Positions 37,320-40,635 of a DNA stretch of 40,635 bases are shown piece by piece; position 1 is the stretch's first letter; each line of letters opens with the position of its first letter. Origin of the DNA: Myxococcota bacterium (GTDB lineage: Bacteria > Myxococcota_A > Polyangia > Polyangiales > Sandaracinaceae); NCBI GenBank assembly GCA_036149055.1, contig JAYZQJ010000070.1:1-40635 (forward strand), in the 5' to 3' direction. The position numbers were made by a program, and so were the translations under genes. The notes below the pieces were generated by a model. It worked only from the letters and a program-made list of their open reading frames with translations, made no database searches and was not told the origin of the DNA.

Positions 37320-37589
37320 TCGGTGTCGGTGTCGGTGTCGGTCGCGGTGTCGGTCGCGGTGTCGGACTCGGCGTCGGACTCGGTGTCGGACTCGGTGTCG
37401 GACTCGGTGTCGGACTCGGTGTCGGACTCGGTGTCGGACTCGGTGTCGGACTCGGTGTCGGACTCGGCGTCGGTCGCGGTTTCGGACTCGGCGTCGGTCG
37501 CGGTTTCGGACTCGGCGTCGGTCGCGGTTTCGGACTCGGCGTCGGTCTCGGCGTCGGTCGCGGTTTCGGACTCGGCGTCGGTCTCGGTG
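37320..37589. repeat. Hexamer array (NCGGNN) x45 with 12- and 24-bp higher-order units
   Basis: A run of (TCGGACTCGGTG)n, followed by (TCGGACTCGGCGTCGGTCGCGGTT)n. Confidence 0.95.
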
Positions 37590-37670
37590 GAAACGATGGC
37601 TTGAATAGGGTCCCAGAGGTTCGGAGCCGGGCGACCGGCGGCGAGCCTCCATCCCGCCGCCCAGGGCACC

Positions 37671-37763
37671 GTGTCGCGCAGCGACACTTCCTCCCGCCTC
37701 TTCTCTCCCGTCTCCCTCTTCCCCGACTTTCCTCCCTTCCGACCTTCCTCGCTTCCCCCGAGT
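37671..37763 (-). repeat. Inverted copy of the repeat-family end
   Basis: CCTTCCTCGCTTCCCCCGAGT (37743-37763) matches 13568-13588 at 19/21; it is preceded by a pyrimidine tract and the hairpin GTGTCGC-GCA-GCGACAC. Confidence 0.75.
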
Positions 37764-37863
37764 GCAGGTGTCGGACTCGGCGCGATCGATGACCGATGGT
37801 GAGGGGGACAGGTGGGCGACGGGGTGGCGGAGGAGGGGCGGGCGGGGTAGGTGCAGGGGCACC

Positions 37864-39120
37864 GTGGACGCGCTGCGAGAGAAGATCCCGAAGGACGTGC
37901 TGGCGCTGTGTCGACGCCTCGAGGAGGCCGGGCACCGGGCGTGGATCGTGGGCGGGTGCATCCGCGATCTCCTGATGGGGCGCGCGGTGAACGACTGGGA
38001 TCTCGCCACGAGCGCGCTCCCGGGGCAGGTGCAGCGCGCGTTCGACAAGACGATCCCGACCGGGATCGAGCATGGCACCGTGACCGTGCTCTTCCGCGGC
38101 GAGGCCTACGAGGTCACGACGCTGCGCGGCGAGGGCGAGTACACCGACGGGCGCCGGCCCGACACGGTGGAGTTCGTGCACCGGATCGAGGACGACCTCG
38201 AGCGCCGGGACTTCACGGTGAACGCCATCGCGTACGACCCGCTCGCGGGCGACGTCGTCGATCCGTGGGGGGGGCGCGCGGACCTGGAGGCGCGGGTGAT
38301 CCGCGCGGTGCGCGACCCGGCGCTCCGCTTCGGGGAGGACGGGCTGCGGGTGCTGCGCGCCGCTCGGTTCTGCGGGACGCTGGACTTCGCGCTCGAGCCC
38401 GAGACCGAGGCCGCGATCCCGGGGAGCCTGGAGACCTTCCGCAAGGTCAGCCCCGAGCGCGTGCACGAGGAGTGGAAGAAGGCGCTGAAGAAGAGCGCGC
38501 GGCCCTCGATCGCGTTCGACGTGATGCGCCGGACCGGGATCCTCGAGATCACCTGCCCCGAGCTCGCCGGGCTCGACGAGGCGACCTGGGCGCGCACGAT
38601 GGCGCGCGTCGACGCGGCGCCCGCCGACCCCGAGCTCCGGCTCGCCGCGCTGTGGGTCGACCTCGCCGCCGCCGAGGGCGCGCCGCGCCGGATGGACGAC
38701 TGGCTCCGGGGCATCCGGGCGTCGAACCAGGAGCGCAAGCGGGTCGTGCAGCTCGCCCTGCACGGGGCGACGCCGGCGCCCGACGCGCTCGACGACGCGG
38801 CGCTCCGGCGCTGGCTCCGGGACGTGGGCCGCGAGCACGTGGACGACGTGATCGCGCTCGGCCGCGCCGACGGTCGCCCGGTCGACGCGCTCGCCGAGCG
38901 GGCCCGGGCGGAGCTCGACCGGGGCGTGCCGCTCCTGCCCAAGGAGCTGCCCATCGGCGGCGGCGACGTCATGAAGACGCTCGACGTGAAGCCCAGCCGC
39001 GCGGTGGGCGACGTGCTCGAGCTGCTGCTCGAGAAGGTGCTCGAGGATCCCTCCCTCGGCGAGCGGGAGCGGCTCCTGGCGATCCTGCCCGAGGCGTATC
39101 GCGAGGTGACGGGCGCATGA
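37864..39120 (+). CDS. cca: tRNA nucleotidyltransferase (class II CCA-adding enzyme family)
   Basis: VGGCIRD...DWDLAT (motif A), intact loop [24 protein letters not shown] (B), [12 protein letters not shown] (D), and SPERVHEEW (E). GTG start inferred. Confidence 0.92.
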   Translation: MDALREKIPKDVLALCRRLEEAGHRAWIVGGCIRDLLMGRAVNDWDLATSALPGQVQRAFDKTIPTGIEHGTVTVLFRGEAYEVTTLRGEGEYTDGRRPDTVEFVHRIEDDLERRDFTVNAIAYDPLAGDVVDPWGGRADLEARVIRAVRDPALRFGEDGLRVLRAARFCGTLDFALEPETEAAIPGSLETFRKVSPERVHEEWKKALKKSARPSIAFDVMRRTGILEITCPELAGLDEATWARTMARVDAAPADPELRLAALWVDLAAAEGAPRRMDDWLRGIRASNQERKRVVQLALHGATPAPDALDDAALRRWLRDVGREHVDDVIALGRADGRPVDALAERARAELDRGVPLLPKELPIGGGDVMKTLDVKPSRAVGDVLELLLEKVLEDPSLGERERLLAILPEAYREVTGA

Positions 39121-39842
39121 GCGGCTACGTCGACCTCCACTGCCACTACCTGCCGGGGATCGACGACGGCGTCCGCACGCTCGACGAGGGCATCCGGGTG
39201 CTCGCCGGGCTGGGCGGGCTCGGCTACGAGCTGGTGGTCGCCACCCCGCACATCCGCACGGCGATGTTCGACAACCGCAAGCCGGGGCTCGAGCGCGCCT
39301 ACGCCGAGGCGCGGGCCATCCTCGACGGGGTGCCCGACCTGCCCGAGACCGGCCTCGCCGCCGAGCACTACTGCGACGACGTCTTCTGGCAGCTCTTCCA
39401 GCAGGGCGAGGCGCTGCCGTACCCCGGGGGCAAGGCCGCGCTCGTCGAGTTCCACTACGAGGTCTGGCCGCAGCGGGTCGAGGACGTGTTCTTCGAGATG
39501 CAGGTCAAGGGCGTGCGGCCGGTGCTCGCCCACCCCGAGCGCTACGCCGCGCTCGGCCGCCGGACCGACCCCGTCGACCCGCTCCTCGACGTCGGCTGCG
39601 TGGCGCTCCTCGACCTGATGAGCCTGGTGGGCCGCTACGGGCGCCGGGCCCAGCGCGCCGCCGAGCGCATGCTCGACGAGGGCGTCTACTACGCCGCCTG
39701 CTCCGACACGCACCGCCCCGACGACGTGCCCCGGGTGGGCGAGGCGATCGAGCGCCTGAAGGACCTCGTCGGCCCCGACGAGGCCCACGAGCTGCTCGCC
39801 GACAATCCTCGCCGCGTCCTCTCCGGCGACGTCGTGCTCTGA
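39117..39842 (+). CDS. PHP-family protein tyrosine phosphatase (CpsB/CapC/YwqE-like)
   Basis: [32 protein letters not shown] and CSDTH. ATGA overlap with cca. Confidence 0.93.
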   Translation: MSGYVDLHCHYLPGIDDGVRTLDEGIRVLAGLGGLGYELVVATPHIRTAMFDNRKPGLERAYAEARAILDGVPDLPETGLAAEHYCDDVFWQLFQQGEALPYPGGKAALVEFHYEVWPQRVEDVFFEMQVKGVRPVLAHPERYAALGRRTDPVDPLLDVGCVALLDLMSLVGRYGRRAQRAAERMLDEGVYYAACSDTHRPDDVPRVGEAIERLKDLVGPDEAHELLADNPRRVLSGDVVL

Positions 39843-39885
39843 CCCCGGCTTCAGCGCCGACGCCAGACAGTCGTATGCTGAGGAC

Positions 39886-40440
39886 GTGGAAGTCCGCGCC
39901 AGCTACACCCAGACGTCGATCAAGATGATCGACGCGCTGCCCGCCGACGAGGCGAAGCGGGTGGTGGCGGCGGTGCGTGACGAGACCTGGCGGGCGGTGC
40001 GGAGCGCCGGGCCGCTCGCGTTCATCGACATGCGCCTGCACCTCGAGGTGGACGGCGCGCTCCACGAGGTGATGGGCCGGGAGCGCTACGAGGAGGCGTG
40101 CGCGCAGCTCGCGCTGGACCTCATGCAGCGGCCGCTCTTCGCGCCGGTCGTGCGAGGCCGGCTCCTGCGCGGGCACCCGGAGCGGCTGCTCGAGCGGATG
40201 CCGATGGCGTGGAAGCTGATCTTCAGGGACGTGGGGCGGGCCGAAGTCACCCCCACCGACGACGGCCTCTCGCTGGCGCTCCGGGAGCTGCCGATCCTCG
40301 TGCGCCACGACGAGGCGTTCCTGCACGGCGTGGTCGGCACCCTGCGAGGCGTCGGCGAGGCGTGCGCGACCCGGATCGACGTCGAGACCGACGAGACGAA
40401 GCGCGGGCTCGGCACCATCGTCTTCCAGCTGCGCTTCTGA
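39886..40440 (+). CDS. Hypothetical protein, possibly of the myxobacterial DUF2378/V4R-like ligand-binding type
   Basis: 184-aa ORF, helical N-half then a beta-rich end (WKLIFRDVGRAEV...FLHGVVGTL...IVFQLRF). Family call is tentative. Confidence 0.6.
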   Translation: MEVRASYTQTSIKMIDALPADEAKRVVAAVRDETWRAVRSAGPLAFIDMRLHLEVDGALHEVMGRERYEEACAQLALDLMQRPLFAPVVRGRLLRGHPERLLERMPMAWKLIFRDVGRAEVTPTDDGLSLALRELPILVRHDEAFLHGVVGTLRGVGEACATRIDVETDETKRGLGTIVFQLRF

Positions 40441-40447
40441 GTTTCTT

Positions 40448-40635
40448 GGAGGGTTTGGTGCAAACCCTCCCCCCATTGGGCGAAGCGCCAATGGGGCCCC
40501 CCTCCCGCTGCTTCTTGCCGGAGGGTTTGGTGCAAACCCTCCCCCCATTGGGCAAAGCGCCAATGGGGCCCCCCTCCCGCTGCTTCTTGCTGGAGGGTTT
40601 GGTGCAAACCCTCCCCCCATTGGGCAAAGCGCCAA
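40448..40635. repeat. 72-bp tandem repeat of two hairpins (REP/BIME-like), truncated by the window edge
   Basis: Units start at 40448, 40520 and 40592; each has GGAGGGTTTG-GTG-CAAACCCTCC and CCCCATTGG-GC(G/A)AAGCG-CCAATGGGG. Confidence 0.93.

Noticed and set aside
36692..37687. 331-aa minus-strand ORF with DTES/DAES repeats resembling SD-repeat adhesins, plus overlapping PTPS-, RT- and RH-repeat ORFs
   Set aside because: The hexamer array is open in many frames; no signal peptide or domain; flanks are repeat-derived and overlap a real gene antisense.
40448..40635. CRISPR array interpretation of the 72-bp repeats
   Set aside because: The period is CRISPR-like, but the whole unit is repeated and the would-be spacers are identical.

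Overview
Very GC-rich chromosomal window from a myxobacterium. Support for Myxococcota, probably Polyangia/Sandaracinaceae-like, comes from a MYXO-CTERM-type sorting tail, a long PDZ/S41 peptidase and a Hanks kinase fused to an ATPase-TPR module. It holds about 29 genes. Housekeeping genes: gap-pgk-tpiA-secG, thrB, cca, yhhQ, a CDF zinc exporter, a CNNM/HlyC protein and a heterodimeric ABC exporter. Signalling and surface genes: a Ser/Thr kinase-pseudocyclase-ATPase-TPR protein, a stand-alone ATPase-TPR protein, an orphan FliA-like sigma factor, a Cys-rich matrixin with a coupled partner gene, a giant membrane SpeE-like protein and a CpsB-type PHP phosphatase. No transposase, phage gene, CRISPR-Cas, tRNA or rRNA was seen. 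The most unusual signals are non-coding. (1) A 41-bp-period array of two alternating palindromes lies in a divergent promoter region (23519-23734). (2) A dispersed repeat family built from nested hairpins, with 21-bp terminal inverted repeats, occurs at 12.6-13.6 kb, 22.6 kb and 36.8-37.8 kb and co-occurs with (NCGGNN)n hexamer arrays. (3) A 72-bp double-hairpin tandem repeat runs off the right edge. (4) A 69-aa small-protein gene has its own sigma54 promoter and terminator. (5) TANNNT boxes recur 6-9 nt before start codons, suggesting leaderless mRNAs. All functional calls come from motif recognition by eye; no searches were run.
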